From contig JBNRSN020000007.1 of NCBI GenBank assembly GCA_051313645.2, forward strand, positions 252,216,001-252,280,000: 64,000 nucleotides of DNA. Reading direction: 5' to 3'. Shown here in pieces: positions 1-12,500 of the stretch. A program made the translations under genes and the position numbers. The first letter of the stretch is position 1; every line of letters starts with the position of its first letter. The notes beneath the pieces were generated by a model. It had not been told where the DNA came from, made no database searches, and saw nothing but the letters and a program-made list of their open reading frames with translations. Source of the stretch: Centroscyllium fabricii. Taxonomy: Eukaryota.

Positions 1-175
1 ACATTTTTGATGAACACAATGGATGTTGGTAAAGAGAAAGCAAACTCTTATATGTTTCATGTTGAACCACACAATGATTCAAAAGACATTGTTTTTAAGC
101 AGGTTTAGAGGTTTCTATTGGCAATCTTCTTCTCATCATTGGTATCAACTGCAATAATGGACAAGAGATGCTGAG

Positions 176-350
176 GGTTGTAAGAAGAAGAAGAAGAAGA
201 ATTAGGAGCTGGAGTCGGCCATATGGCCCCTCGAGCCTGCTCCGCCATTCAATGAAATCTTGGCTGATCTTCGACCTCCACTCCAGTTCCCTGGCCCAGC
301 CCCACATCCTTTGATTCCTCTGGAGTTCAAAAATTCTATCTATCTCAGCA
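176..350 (-). mobile_element. CR1/HER1-type LINE 3' end fragment with (TTC)n tail
   Basis: Reverse complement of the HER1/HE1 3' tail (gaatggcggagcaggctcgaggggcc...ctcctaattc) followed by a simple-repeat tail. Confidence 0.75.
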
Positions 351-1253
351 GCCTTGGTTGTGGTTTGGATTTTGCCACTAGACAGAACATTTGACAGTTC
401 TAGTTGTTCTTCATGTTTTGTTGCTTACTTGAATGTTGTGGGCAGGGTAGAGAAAACTGAAATTAACAGATGGGCTTAAGATCCAGGAGGTCCTTTCGGG
501 CAACAAGTTGAGCAAGCTCTAAATTCCCATTGACTTCTGTGCCAAACTTCTCCCTATTGTGCCATTATTGGTGATAGGGCTCAGCCAGTCTAGTACAGAG
601 GAAATTACACTCACCATGTGACGTGTCAAAATCTGCATCTGATTAGTTAAAGTTGGGACGGGAGGATCATGTGTGAAGGGGGACCAGCAGCTGGCAGTGA
701 AACAATGGCACCAGCAAAGAGGAATGTTCCTATACTAGCACCTTAACAGATAAATGAAGCAATGATAAAAAAAAGTGCATGATAGAAACTTCTAAAATTT
801 TACCTGGCTCAAACCTGAACAAAATCTATTTTAATTACATTGTCTAAAACAAAAGTTGAGTGTAAAATAAAGTAAAAATTGGGCTTTGATTTGTCCAAAA
901 AATCTTTAAAACGTGAATTTGTCTCTTAGTTCCCTATAGTCCATACACTATTCTCTAATCAAACGGAACACCAAACAACCTGGTTCAAGACCTCTACCAC
1001 TGCAACTGTGCAACTTACTTATTACTACGAAGTCTGTGGTGATCACCCTAGGCACAGTGGAGCTAGGTTTTCATCCCTGCCCAACATGTATGAGGATGAA
1101 AAATCAGCAGTGACCTTCAGAACCCCACGCAAGTCACCATTCTTCATTTGTGGGCCCAGGCATTCATGGTAATCTGTTCACTAGTGGACAAGTCAATCCT
1201 ATCCTCACTGTAGCGATACGGAACAGAAATCTTGGCTAATTCTTTCGCTTTCT

Positions 1254-1437
1254 ACTTCCTGGGCAATGACATGAACTATAGCTCTACTACCTACTTCCCA
1301 CTTCCTGGGCAATGACATGAACTATAGCTCTACTACCTACTTTCTACTTCCTGGGCGATGACATGAACTATAGCTCTACTACCTACTTCCCACTTCCTGG
1401 GCAATGACGTGAACTATAGCTCTACTACCTACTTCCC
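1254..1437. repeat. Minisatellite, 4 x 46 bp
   Basis: Four near-perfect copies of acttcctgggcaatgacatgaactatagctctactacctacttccc, with alternating ttct/tccc ends. Confidence 0.95.
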
Positions 1438-3081
1438 AATTGAACTCGACTAATTCAGCATAGACGTTGGATTAACCCAGGCATCTTCCTGGTCTGCTTG
1501 GTGCCTAATGACACCAGTGGGTGCAGTTTGCATTTTTTCGCAGAGGCAGAGGAGGCATCTCATTTCTTTTCTTTATCTCATGGATTTTCTCTCCTTCCAT
1601 TTCCTGAAGGTTTCCCTGGGGTATCCCACCCAAGATGCCATTATTCATTCGAGAGCCTTGCTGATAAACTTGCAGATCTATGGGTGGAGCTTGAATCCAT
1701 TTCATATTAAAGCCACTGTTGATACGGCAATAGTGTCTCTATTTGTTCTTTCCATTAGGAGGCCAGAATCTTTGCATTTTTATATTTTACTACTGCTTGG
1801 TAGAGAATGGGACCTGTCTGGCATGCCAGTTATCAATCGCACTCTTGCAATAGCAGCAAAATTCCAAGATCACCAGGAAGTTGAGTTTCCCATTTTCAAA
1901 TGTCAGTGATAGGGAGCTGGTGCTGAGACTCAGGAAAGAGAGGTACTAACATTAATAATGTCTGTAACTGCCTTCCATCACCACCATCATCATTTGATTT
2001 CTCGGCATGATCCGTGGTGAATATTTACATATTATTATACAATCATCAGGATGTTTTAAGTGTTCCAAAATTTTGTTACTAGCTTTTAGCTGTGTTTTTT
2101 TAAAAAAAGATAAAAGACAATTACACAGTCTATCATAGATGGTCTGACCACCAATGCTACACTGCTGTCTCCTGGCTCCCTGTTGCGCAGTTTTTTTCTC
2201 CTTGGTATAATTTCAATGTAATTTTAAGTCGTGGCAATGTTGTCTTAAGAGATTCTTTTTATTGTTTCTACTGGATACATTCTCCTGTCCTTGATCTACG
2301 CCACCTTAGAAATAAAACCGCTGTGAATTTTGCATCCCAGCATCACCTGGTATGAGGGCAGAAGCAATACACAAATTGTATTCAATCGAATGCGGCCATT
2401 CTGGTTTGGAATATTTTAAGTGTATATGCTATGTGTCTAACAGATACAAGAAAAAAAGTGGAATTTCATGACATTGGTCTAAATAAAGCCCAATATTTCT
2501 GTGATGATATGATACACTGTTGGCTATTTGGTATGATTTCTGACTGGAATCATTGTAGGATTCCCAGTCAATACATCATGCACAATTTGAAAAGCACATG
2601 TTTAAAGTTTTTTTTACACAATGGGTGCCAGGAAATAATTTGAGATATATTTGATTTGTAACAGTAGCCAAGCAGTATATTATATCCTTGCTGTATTGTG
2701 TGACATCACTTTATGCAGGAAATCACTGGAGCAGGCAATGGTCAGAAGTGGAGTGGTCTTTAGCAGATGGTTTGCAAGAATCTTCATTAAGCCTGGAGGA
2801 GGTGTATATACTTAAGTTAACCCTTTGAGGACTGCAGTAGCATTTCTGCAACATTCATTAAAAATGATCCATAAGTTTGAGGTTAAGCAGAAAATACATC
2901 AGGTATTGCCTTTGTTCCAATTAAGCTTCATAATTTGTTTACAGAATTTATTTCAAAACCATTTTGTAAGCTAAAGATGATGTACGTGTTACACAATTAG
3001 CATAGAAAGTTGCGTCCTCAAAGGATTAAATACATTTGATAAACAGGTTTTAGGGCACTTTTCCCATTCAGCTTCCCATAC

Positions 3082-3341
3082 CTGAGAAGTTTATACTTGG
3101 ACACAAAGGCTTTAGTGCACTCCGGGTGTGAGCACTTGTAGGGCCTCTCTCCTGTGTGAGAGTATGAATGGACTTTAAGTTTGTCAACACTGCTGAAGTA
3201 TGCTCCGCAGATCAGGCACTCAAGGGTTCTCCTTGGCTTTGACTCCTTCCCTTTCCATTTGGCTTCTAAAACCTTCTGCGCATCTTCCTTCTGTTTTGTT
3301 ATTGTGATTTGACTTAGGTCATCAGTGGCAACAGCTGCCAT
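3082..3341 (-). CDS. PLAGL2: First coding exon of a PLAG-family C2H2 zinc-finger transcription factor (PLAGL2/PLAG1-like)
   Basis: ATG at 3341 in good Kozak context (GCAATGG). Translation MAAVATDD...CLICGAYFSSVDKLKVHSYSHTGERPYKCSHPECTKAFVSKYKLLR matches PLAG zinc fingers 1-2. Phase-2 GT donor (CTCAG|GTATGG) at 3081, as I recall for PLAG genes. The 260-nt coding length equals my recollection of PLAGL2, while the finger sequence is closer to PLAG1, so the paralog call is tentative. Remaining exon(s) lie left of the window. Confidence 0.85.
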
Positions 3342-3518
3342 TGCAGCCTTACAGGCCAAGTCCCTAGAAAAATGGGGCTTTACCCACCTTCTCGCTACCA
3401 AGTGTATTTCCTGTGTTTTCAGTCTGTGTATTATGATCACTTCCAGTTGATAGATACCTGTTGCATCCAGAGTTTAAGGCTGCTTCAGCAATATGGGAGG
3501 AGTATAGAAATTTTAGGC
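3342..3518 (-). other. 5' UTR portion of the PLAG-family exon, with a 9-codon uORF (3437-3466)
   Basis: Acceptor-like tttgacttttAG at 3519-3520. Sequence just upstream of the ATG (GGCCTGTAAGGCTGCAATGG) resembles the PLAG1 leader. Confidence 0.5.
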
Positions 3519-4309
3519 CTAAAAGTCAAATTAAATACAAAGATTAACATTTCTAAACAGTACGAAAATCACTGTATCTGTGTACCTTCATTTATTAACC
3601 ATCCCTGGGCTAGCTATGACCAAAGATACAAGATGTTCAGGGTCCCATTTTATTTTCATGAAGAAAAAGATTTCCTATCAAACACAATTTTATACAAATT
3701 CCAAAAACCTGTAAATCTAAAATTGAAAATCGTATGATACTGGTCCTTATATACATGCATACCACACTTTGTAGAAGCCATCTTCCCTTAACATGCTTCC
3801 ATTTAGCTCATTAAGAACATACAGCAAAGGTTGGACTGGCGGCACAGGGTACTTTGCGAGCCAATATACCGTGTCCAGAAGTTCTAGGAATTGATTCCTT
3901 GTTTGTAATGAGCAAACCCATGCCAGGACATCAGAAAGAGAGCAGGTAGGTGTCTGCCCACAAGGGAAAATATAATTAGAGACAAGGAAAGTCAGACAAC
4001 AGGTCAACTTGGGCTGCCTTTTCTGCCCTTAAGACAGTTACACTGACATAGTGATAATGGTAAAAGTTTGATTATAGATTGTTGTCTGTATACCCTTTTG
4101 GTTAGAGGTTAAAAATAAACATGGAAACTACCTACATAAAAAGGAAGTAAAAACAAAAACAGTAAAGTGTACAGTGGAAACTAAACAGCTGCCTACTTGC
4201 TAATTTTTTTGAGGACTAAAGGTCTCATTCTTCAAACAAAATTGTTCTAATTGTATTTTATCCTTCAAAAATACTTTGCTCAAGCAAAATGGAAGTTGTT
4301 GCAAAACAA

Positions 4310-4730
4310 TGAACATCAAACACCGCTCCATTGAGAAAACAGCTTAGAAGACCGTGGGAATCAAATCTAGGGGGACACTCCAGTGCCGGGGGAGTGTTGC
4401 TTTTTCAGAGGTGCCACCTTTCAGATGAGGCATAAGGCACAGTTGATTCTGTTGGTTCAGGTGAACGTTAAAGATTCTGTGTCACGATTCAAAGAGCAGC
4501 AGGAAGTTCTCCTGGTATCCTGGCCAACATTACTCCCTCAACCGACACCACAAAAACAAGTCAACTGGTCATCCATCCCATTGTTGTTAGTGGGATATAC
4601 GGTGCACAAAATGGCTACGGTGTTTGCCTCCACAACAACAATCACTGCACTTCAAAGGAATTAAATATATGCAAAGTGCTTTAAGATGTTTGAGATGTAA
4701 TAAGGGGTTATACAAATGCAAGTCTTTCCT
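4310..4730 (+). mobile_element. Deu-domain SINE (SacSINE1-like), diverged
   Basis: cagaggtgccacctttcagatgag Deu-like core and L2-like tail ending aaatgcaagtctttc. Confidence 0.65.
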
Positions 4731-7531
4731 TTTTATAGTTTGAAGAGGAGAAAATTCTGATCTGGTCTTACTTTTTGGATGTGGTGCAGAAATATTACTA
4801 GCATTTAATGCTAATTTAGGAGGTATTATGTTCTTCTGTGTGTAAAGTTAAAGGTTTTCTAACCTAAACTATTATAAACCAATATAGTTTAGTAAAATAA
4901 TTTTTCTTCAACTTGCTACGCAGAGCAAAATATATTCCCTGTTGGTACAGATTTTGGTCAGCTGGCTACATGGGATAACTTGAAAATCTAAGTCTTCCAC
5001 TCTCCCCACAGACAATATATAAATTTGCCAACTTTAGGAGCAAGTTCCTTTCAGGTAAATAGAAGACTGCTGGAAGATTTCTCCCTGCTTTCCCAGAGCC
5101 CCAAAAAGGTAATCAGCCAAAACTGCAATACTAATTTAACCTTCCAATCCACATTATTTAACTCTGACCAGCTGCATTCAACAAATGGCACATCCATCGT
5201 CCTAAATTAGGTTTGAAAAACACTCGTGAAGAATCTGCATCTTTAAAGGTGACTTCAAAGAAATGTATGTATTCCAATGTATTTAGCATTAGCGACTTGT
5301 TTCACTGTTTAGAAGCATCAAATGTAAGAGCTGCTTAAGTTCAGTTTTGGCGAGTCCAACGTCCATGTATCAGCTCTCCAGATTTACGTCGCTAAAACCA
5401 GTGATCTTTTTCTAATGGCAGAATTGCAGACTCACAAAAATGTGAGTTTATGTTTCTGCTGTCAGGACCCGAGCTACAGGACTCCAGAAATGTCAATGCA
5501 AGTTTAAGGTTTTGAAGGATTCTGGCTTCCTTTTAAAAAAAAATCCTTTGTTTTATATTGTCACTCCTTTTTAACTCCCAACTGTTTTACACACTATTCC
5601 TCAGAAATAACAGGCAGGTAACTTGTTCCCAGAGCATTGTCAATATCACTACGGAATTGGTTGCTCAGAAAGCCAGGAGAATGACCTGGATTGATTTGGT
5701 TTTCAAGGTTCTATCCTTCCTTTTGGGGGAAATGCATGTCTGCTAGGACACTCCTTCATCGACCTAAGTAAGATTGGTAACACACCATGGGGGCAATTCT
5801 AGACAGCAATACAAATCCCATCAATTCATTACTGGGCTACTTCAATCTGGCTTCCCTAGATTGTCACTTTTACTATTGTTTTCTTGTTGAATCTTTTCCT
5901 ATTGAGTTTAACATGCTTTAGCATGTTGGCTTTACAGCAGAATTTCAGAACAACCTTCCTCTCTAATGATAAGAGCACAATGTTAAGACTCACTCATGTG
6001 TAAAGCATTAATCAAGCATTAGAGTCATGTTATAGCATACAAGGAAATTGCCATCATTAATGGGGTCAAAGATAGCAGCAGTACAGTGTTATATTAATCA
6101 CAAGCAGATCTCCTAAGACACTGTTCATGAGTAGTCTGGAGCACAGTTGTGATATTTAGCTGTTAACCTGGCCTGTCTTTTTAAAGCCATTGCTCAGGTA
6201 CTCCCTGTTGGAAATACAGGCAACTGAAGTTGTATAAATTAGTGAGATCAACTGGAGGTAAGTAAATATTTGTAGGTTTCAAACTCTAGCTGAAAAGAAT
6301 CCAGGATAAAATCTTTGGCTTTCTTTCTTCACACATTCAGTCAGAGGATGTGCCGATTTCTAAGTTCAGGAACTTTAAACCAAACAAGGTGTGTCCCTTT
6401 AAAGCTACAAATTAATGTTAAGTAAACATTGAGAGAGTTCATGTGGATGTCAAGTAAGAGACTGCAGGCATTCCGTCTCTGGAAAGTTTTATTCCTGCAG
6501 AGTTCTTCTGGTTCTTCATATTTTTCTTCGAAGCGTGACACAGAAGATTGAGTATGACGGACAGGAAATGCACGTTAAGTGTACTGTTCTTACAATATTA
6601 CTAGTGAATCTAGTGAGCCAGTACATTCGAGGCTGTGCTGCTTTATAAAGACAGGAACATTAGACAATGTAGGTGTATATCTCCTTAAGGTTAGAGCATA
6701 AAATTACTCTACATTCTTGAAATTAATGCTGGTGTCATCTACAGGTCAGGCTAGTCATCAGAACCCTGGTATGGTTTGATCAACAGTCAATCAAGAATTT
6801 GTATACATGTGTTGCGTGCACGTGTGTATGTGTGTATGTATGTATGACAGAAAAAGAGAAATTGCTTTGCAACTGTAAGAAAGAGACAGTAGTGAAAGAT
6901 ATATCAAGTGCAAGTTATCTTAATTGTATAAATCATTGTTTAAAAAGTTTCAACTTCTCTATATTTATACCTAATTTGGACCAGTTGAATTGTTTTCAGC
7001 TCGCTGTCCTGCCCTAACCCTGAACTCGCATCTTTCTCTAGTTTCTCTTCTGTCTCCCTTCATCTGAGCTCATCTCCTCTGCTCCCACGACCCTGTTCCC
7101 ACCAAATTGCTGAACATCTAACTTCCCCTCCTGGCTCCCATGTTAGCAGACATCAACGGTTCCCTCTGCTCAGGTACTGTCCCCCTCCCCTTCAAATCTG
7201 CCATCATCACCCCGGCTCAAAAAACCCACCCTTGACCCCTCTGACCGTGCAAACGACCACCCCATCTCCAACCTCCCTTTCCTCTCCAAAGTCCTTTAAA
7301 ATGCTGTGGCCTTCCAAATCCACGCCCACCTTTCCTGCAACTCCACCTTTGAGTCCCTCCAATCAGGTTTCCGCCCCGGCACAACACTGAAATGGCTCTC
7401 ATCAAAGTCACAAGTGACATCCTGTGTGACGGTGACCATGGTAAACTATCACTCCTCATCCTTCTCGATCTGGCTGTAGCATTTGACACTACTGAGCACA
7501 TCATACTCCTCCAATGCCACTCGTCCATTCT

Positions 7532-7836
7532 TAATAATAATAATAATAATTCAACTTTATTGTCATTATACAATGTACAAGTACATGGACAACGAAATGT
7601 GATCTTGCAAGCTCCCAAGAGTCCAGCAAAGCCGCTGCGTCTGTGCGCGCCGCCATTCCATCTTTCCATCATTCCGACAATCTTCAGCCAACTGCCCCTC
7701 CCCGGGGCTCCTTTCGTGACCTTCTGCACCTGGTATTCCCTGGTGGTCACCCTTCCAAGTACTAACCAGGCCTGGCTCTGCTTAGCTTCCAAGCCTTGCC
7801 AGTGACCCTGTCCCTAGTCCCAGGAACAGGGCTATG
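7532..7836 (-). mobile_element. 5S rRNA-derived SINE (SINE3 type) with Rex1/Babar-like 3' tail and (TTA)n
   Basis: 7724-7793 is the reverse complement of the 5S internal control region (GGAAGCTAAGCAGAGCCAGGCCTGGTTAGTACTTGGAAGGGTGACCACCAGGGAATACCAGGTGC). Tail is TGACAATAAAGTTGAA(TTA)n. Confidence 0.8.
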
Positions 7837-8323
7837 TATCCAGTCATAGCTAGAGAACTGTAATGTGATCAACACACGGACACAGACACGGGGTGTATTC
7901 GTTCAGCCATTAACTCTCTCGAGCTTGTCTCTTTATTTTATTTTCACTTTCTGTTTACACTCCATTGCCCCCTACTGGGTGGAGGGTAACTATCACCACA
8001 TCTCCCTTTCTAAACAGACTTTGAATACTATTCCTTTACTGTTAACATTTCAAATGACCTTCTTTCAAATCATTACTTTTTTACTGTGCTTAAGAAATAA
8101 CAAACTCTAACAAACATAACATCTCGAATGCACAATGTATCTCTTCTTTTTTTTTTTTTTTTTACACGAATAATGCAAGCAGAGTAAGCTTGGAGGGATA
8201 AGGTGACTGCCTGAACCCTCTACCAAGTACCTCGGATATTATTCTGGCCCAATGAGGTGTCTTGGTTCTTAAGCTATTCATGTTGCAAAGTCCTGGCGGT
8301 ATGAAGGAGGATTGTGGACCCTT

Positions 8324-9592
8324 TCAGGGTATCGTCTGGAACCCGATGGAGGTGGAGTATCCCCTGTGGGTGGGGGAGATGGAGGTGGGGTATCCCCTGT
8401 GGGTGGGAGTTCCAGGACCTGCATCCCCATTGTAGTCATCGGGAATGGAAGGCTCATCAGCAGCGTCAGGGGGCTGCTGTGTAAGTGCGAGGTGTCTGCG
8501 GTTCCTGCGAACAATCTGGCCCTGGATATCAACCAGATACGATCTTGGGGTGTTGGCCTGTCCTTGCACAATGCCTCTTTTGCGGGAGTCCTGTATCCAC
8601 ACATAATCACCTGGAAGGAGTGGACACAAGGGCTTAGCTCTGTGGCGACTGCTAAAGTTGGCCTGTTGTCTTAGTTTAGATTGTTTGTCCTTGTCTGTAA
8701 AATTCTGGAGGTCGGGCCAGCCTGGGGTCAGGAGTAATGGCATAGTTGGCACGGTTGTATGAAGTTTTCTGCCTTGTAGCAACTCAGCAGGGCTGAATCC
8801 GCTAGAAAGGTGTGGAGCGGTATGCAAGGAGTGCCCGGTATAGGTCAGGTGACTTTTTTATAAAGCTGTTTGGCTGTCTGGACAGCGCACTCAGCAGCCT
8901 CATTGCTTTGAGGATAGAAAGGACTGGATGTGACATGGGTGAAGTCCCAGCTGCTGGCAAATGAGCAAAAGGTGACCGAGGCAAATTGGGGACCATTATC
9001 TGTTTGGACCAGCAGTGGGACCCCTAGGCGGACAAAGCAGGATTTCATACATTCAACGACTGCATGTGAGGTGGTGGAGGAAATCTTGATAACTTCAATG
9101 AACTTAGCAAAGTAGTCAAACATTACCAGGTCAGTTGAGTTATCCAAATGAAATAGATCAGCCCCAACCTTCTGCCATGGGCCCTCAGGGGTGTCATCTG
9201 GAATCAATGGCTCTGTTAGTTGTTGTCTCATTTGGGCACAGCTTGGGCACTGTTGTACTTTACATTGTAGTTGACCGCTTAATCCAGGCCACCAGACAGA
9301 AGACCTGGCTCGTGCTCTGCATTTTGTGATCCCTTGATGGCCATCATGCAGTTTGTCCAGAATGTCTTTCTGCATTGATGCTAGAATGACCAACCGGCAC
9401 ACTTGCAGCAGCAATCCTTGTGCAATAGTGAGGTCACCTGAAATGAAGGCGTAAGGTCTAAGAGCATTGTTAAGTTTTGCATGATCTGGCCAGCCCTCAA
9501 GGCAGTATGTGAAAACCTGATGAAGTAATTCATCCATTTCCTGTTCTTGACGAAGTGCAGCCAGGCGTTTCTCGGTAATGGGCAATACAGTG
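8324..9592 (-). pseudogene. Integrase region of outer Gypsy pol (frameshifted)
   Basis: HHCC zinc motif (LHDGHQG...CPSC), PWQKVGADLF, TDNGPQF, SPFYPQSN. Confidence 0.9.
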
Positions 9593-12500
9593 TGATGTGA
9601 CAAAAGCGACTTACACATCAAATACTTTAAGCAAAGCTTTAATCAGCTATTTACAGAGTTGAGAGTTTTAACATATTTACATGGAGAAGCATTATCTCAG
9701 ACTGAATAGCAGCAGAATTTATACTACCACACAGGAAGTGACATGTACAGGAAGTGATGTCACTGGAAGTTCATAAGCAGAGTTCATCCGACTTCCTGCC
9801 GGAAGTCTCAATATCATTACATTCTTCCCTCCTAGAAGATTATGAGGCAGAAATCAAATATTCTGAAGCAGATGTATGAGGAGGAGCCGCATACGTTTAA
9901 GTTCGCTTTCTTGGGTTGGTAGACTGGCTTGATGGTCAATGTCTGAGTTACTGGGCCGTTTGCGGGTCTTCGAATCTGGGATAAATCCAACATGGCCTGG
10001 ATTACCCGGCGATGGGTAGTGGAAATCATGGCTCCGTGTGCGAGATCCAACAGGTTCAGAGTTGATCTGCCCTTGGTCGGGAGAAGGTACCAAGCTTGTC
10101 GATGGCCCATTGGCATTTTGGCATGGGGCACAGGGAGGATCATGACTCCGCGTACGAGCCCCTATGGGCTCCGTGTCAGTCGAGGATTGAGCAGCATCCT
10201 GGAATGAGGTACCAGGTGAGTCAAAGCTCCGAGTGCGGGATCCTACCGGCTCAAAGGTCATTGGTGCCTGATCGGGGTCCTGAAGAGTGGTACCCAGTGG
10301 TTCTCTGGAGGTTCCCGGTAGGGTATTATCCCTAGATGACCCTCTAGGTCCTGATGGGCAGGGTGCCAGGTCCCGCAACGATACTGTAGACTCTCGTCCG
10401 TCAGGGTGTCGTATGTGAGCGTAGGTGGGGTTGACCTCCGTTAGTTCTACCTCGTCCACAAGAGGGTCATGCTTGGAGGTTCGGACATATCTCCGGAGCA
10501 ATACGGGCCCTGGAGTGGTCAGCCATGAAGGGAGTGATGCTCCATACGATGAGCGACGCTGGAAACTGAAGAACCGTTCATGAGGCGTCGTGTTCGTGGC
10601 TGTGGAAAGCAAGGACCGTATGGAGTGCAATGCATCTGATAACACCATCTCCCATTGCTGGTTGGGTAGACCCTGGGATTTCAGGGCAAGGCGTACAGAG
10701 TTCCATATGATGCCATTATATCTTTCTACCTGGCCGTTACCGATGGGGTGGTATGGTGTTGTTTTGCTTGTCGCGATACCTCTTTCCGAGAGGTAGTCCT
10801 TAAGTTCAGTGGACATGAAAGATGGACCCCGATCTGAATGGATGTAAGCTGGCATGCCACAGAGCGTGAATACCTGCTCGAGACAATTGATTACTGTGGA
10901 AGACAGCATATTAGAGCAGGGGAAGGCGAATGGGAAACGTGAATATTCGTCAACCATCGTAAGCAGATATATGTTCCTAGTGGACGAGGGTACTGGGCCC
11001 TTAAAATCAATGCTCAGTCGTTGCATTGGTTGTGTCGCATGTATAAGTACACCATCCGGGGGCCGGAAAAAGTGGGATTTTAGCTCAGCACAGGTTCTGC
11101 ATTCCGAACACATTTTCTTGATGTCTCCGGTTGAGAATGGGAGATTTCGTGACCTTACAAAATGTAACATACGTGTCACACCAGGATGACATAATCCATC
11201 ATGAATATCTGCGAGAGTGGAGGGTGATGTAGCAGCGCAGAATGCTCGAGTAAGAGTGTCCGGGGCCACATTATCTTTACCAGGGCGATAGTGAATAGTA
11301 TAGCCAAAAGAGGCCAATTCCATCCTCCACAGTTGTATTTTATTGTTCTTGACTTTGGTTCTTTTGCGGTTGTCCAGCATGAACGCTACTGATCGCTGGT
11401 CCGTTATCAGCGTGAAGTGTCGGCGAGCTAAAAAATGGTTCCATTTTCGTACAGCCTCAATGATGGCCGTGGCTTCTTTTTCCACCGGTGGATAGTGCAC
11501 TTCGGCACCCTGTAGGGTCCTAGACATGAAAGCTACAGGGCGACCTTCCTGATTGAGGGTAGCTGAGATCGCCACCTCAGAAGCGTCACATTCGACCACG
11601 AATGGGAGGTTCTCATCGATGGAGTGGAGGGTTGCTGTCTTCAAATGTTGTTTAAGGGTAGTAAAGGCTGTAATGGCCGTTGTTCCTAATGGAAATGTCC
11701 TGGCATTCAACAAAGGTTGAATTTTGTCCGAAAAATCCGGAATCCACTTCGCATAGTAGGCAAATAGGCCGAGGGCCCGACGCAAGGAAGCAGGACTGTT
11801 AGGTGGAGGAAGCTCCTGGAGGGGCCGAAGTCTTTCAGGATCAGGCTTGATGATGCCATTACCTACACAGTAGCCGAGAATATTAATGGTTGGCTGTGAT
11901 TCCACGGATTTGGTTTCATTTAAAGTGCATCCCGAAATCTTCGAAGGTTGTCGTCATGTTCTTGTTGGTCATGGCCAGCAACCGTAATATTGTCGAGATA
12001 AGGGAAAGTGTCCCTCAAGTCTTCTTGCTTCACCAAGCCATCCATGGCTCGTTGAAAGACGGCTACTCCGTTGGTGACTCCGAATGGGAGACGGCAAAAT
12101 TGATACAATCGTCCGTTAGCCTCAAAGGCTGTATATTTCTTATCCGAGGCCCGCAGGGGTACCTGATGGTAAGCACTCTTTAGGTCATAAGTTGAGAATA
12201 CAGAATATTCAGCCAGTTTATTCACCATGTCATCGATACGTGGCAGTGGGTAAGCATCCAAATCTGTATATAGATTAACGGTCTGAGAGTAATCGATACA
12301 CAGGCGTTTCTTCTGAGGTTTCAAAGAGTTTTTAACAATGACGATCTGAGCCCGCCAAGGCGATGAACAAGGTTCAATGATGTCCTCGGCCAGGAGTCGA
12401 GAGATTTCTGTATTAATGAAGGATTGATCCTCCTGACTAAAGCGCCGAGACTTAGTTATTATCGGCTTGCACTGAGGCGTAACGCTGGTAAATAACGATG

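Noticed and set aside
1254-1437. CRISPR-like array
   Set aside because: Contiguous tandem units with no unique spacers, no cas genes, vertebrate context.
1505-1909. ORFs including a GGIPQG motif, or a further PLAG exon
   Set aside because: No zinc-finger or other RT motifs and multiple stops. At most a very old TE remnant that I cannot assign.
3018-3440. The 140-aa ORF as a complete protein
   Set aside because: It begins at a GTG in the UTR and reads through the splice donor. The supported coding part is 3082-3341.
7724-7793. Functional 5S rRNA gene
   Set aside because: Lacks the 5S 5' end and the poly-T terminator, is diverged, and is fused to a LINE-like tail.
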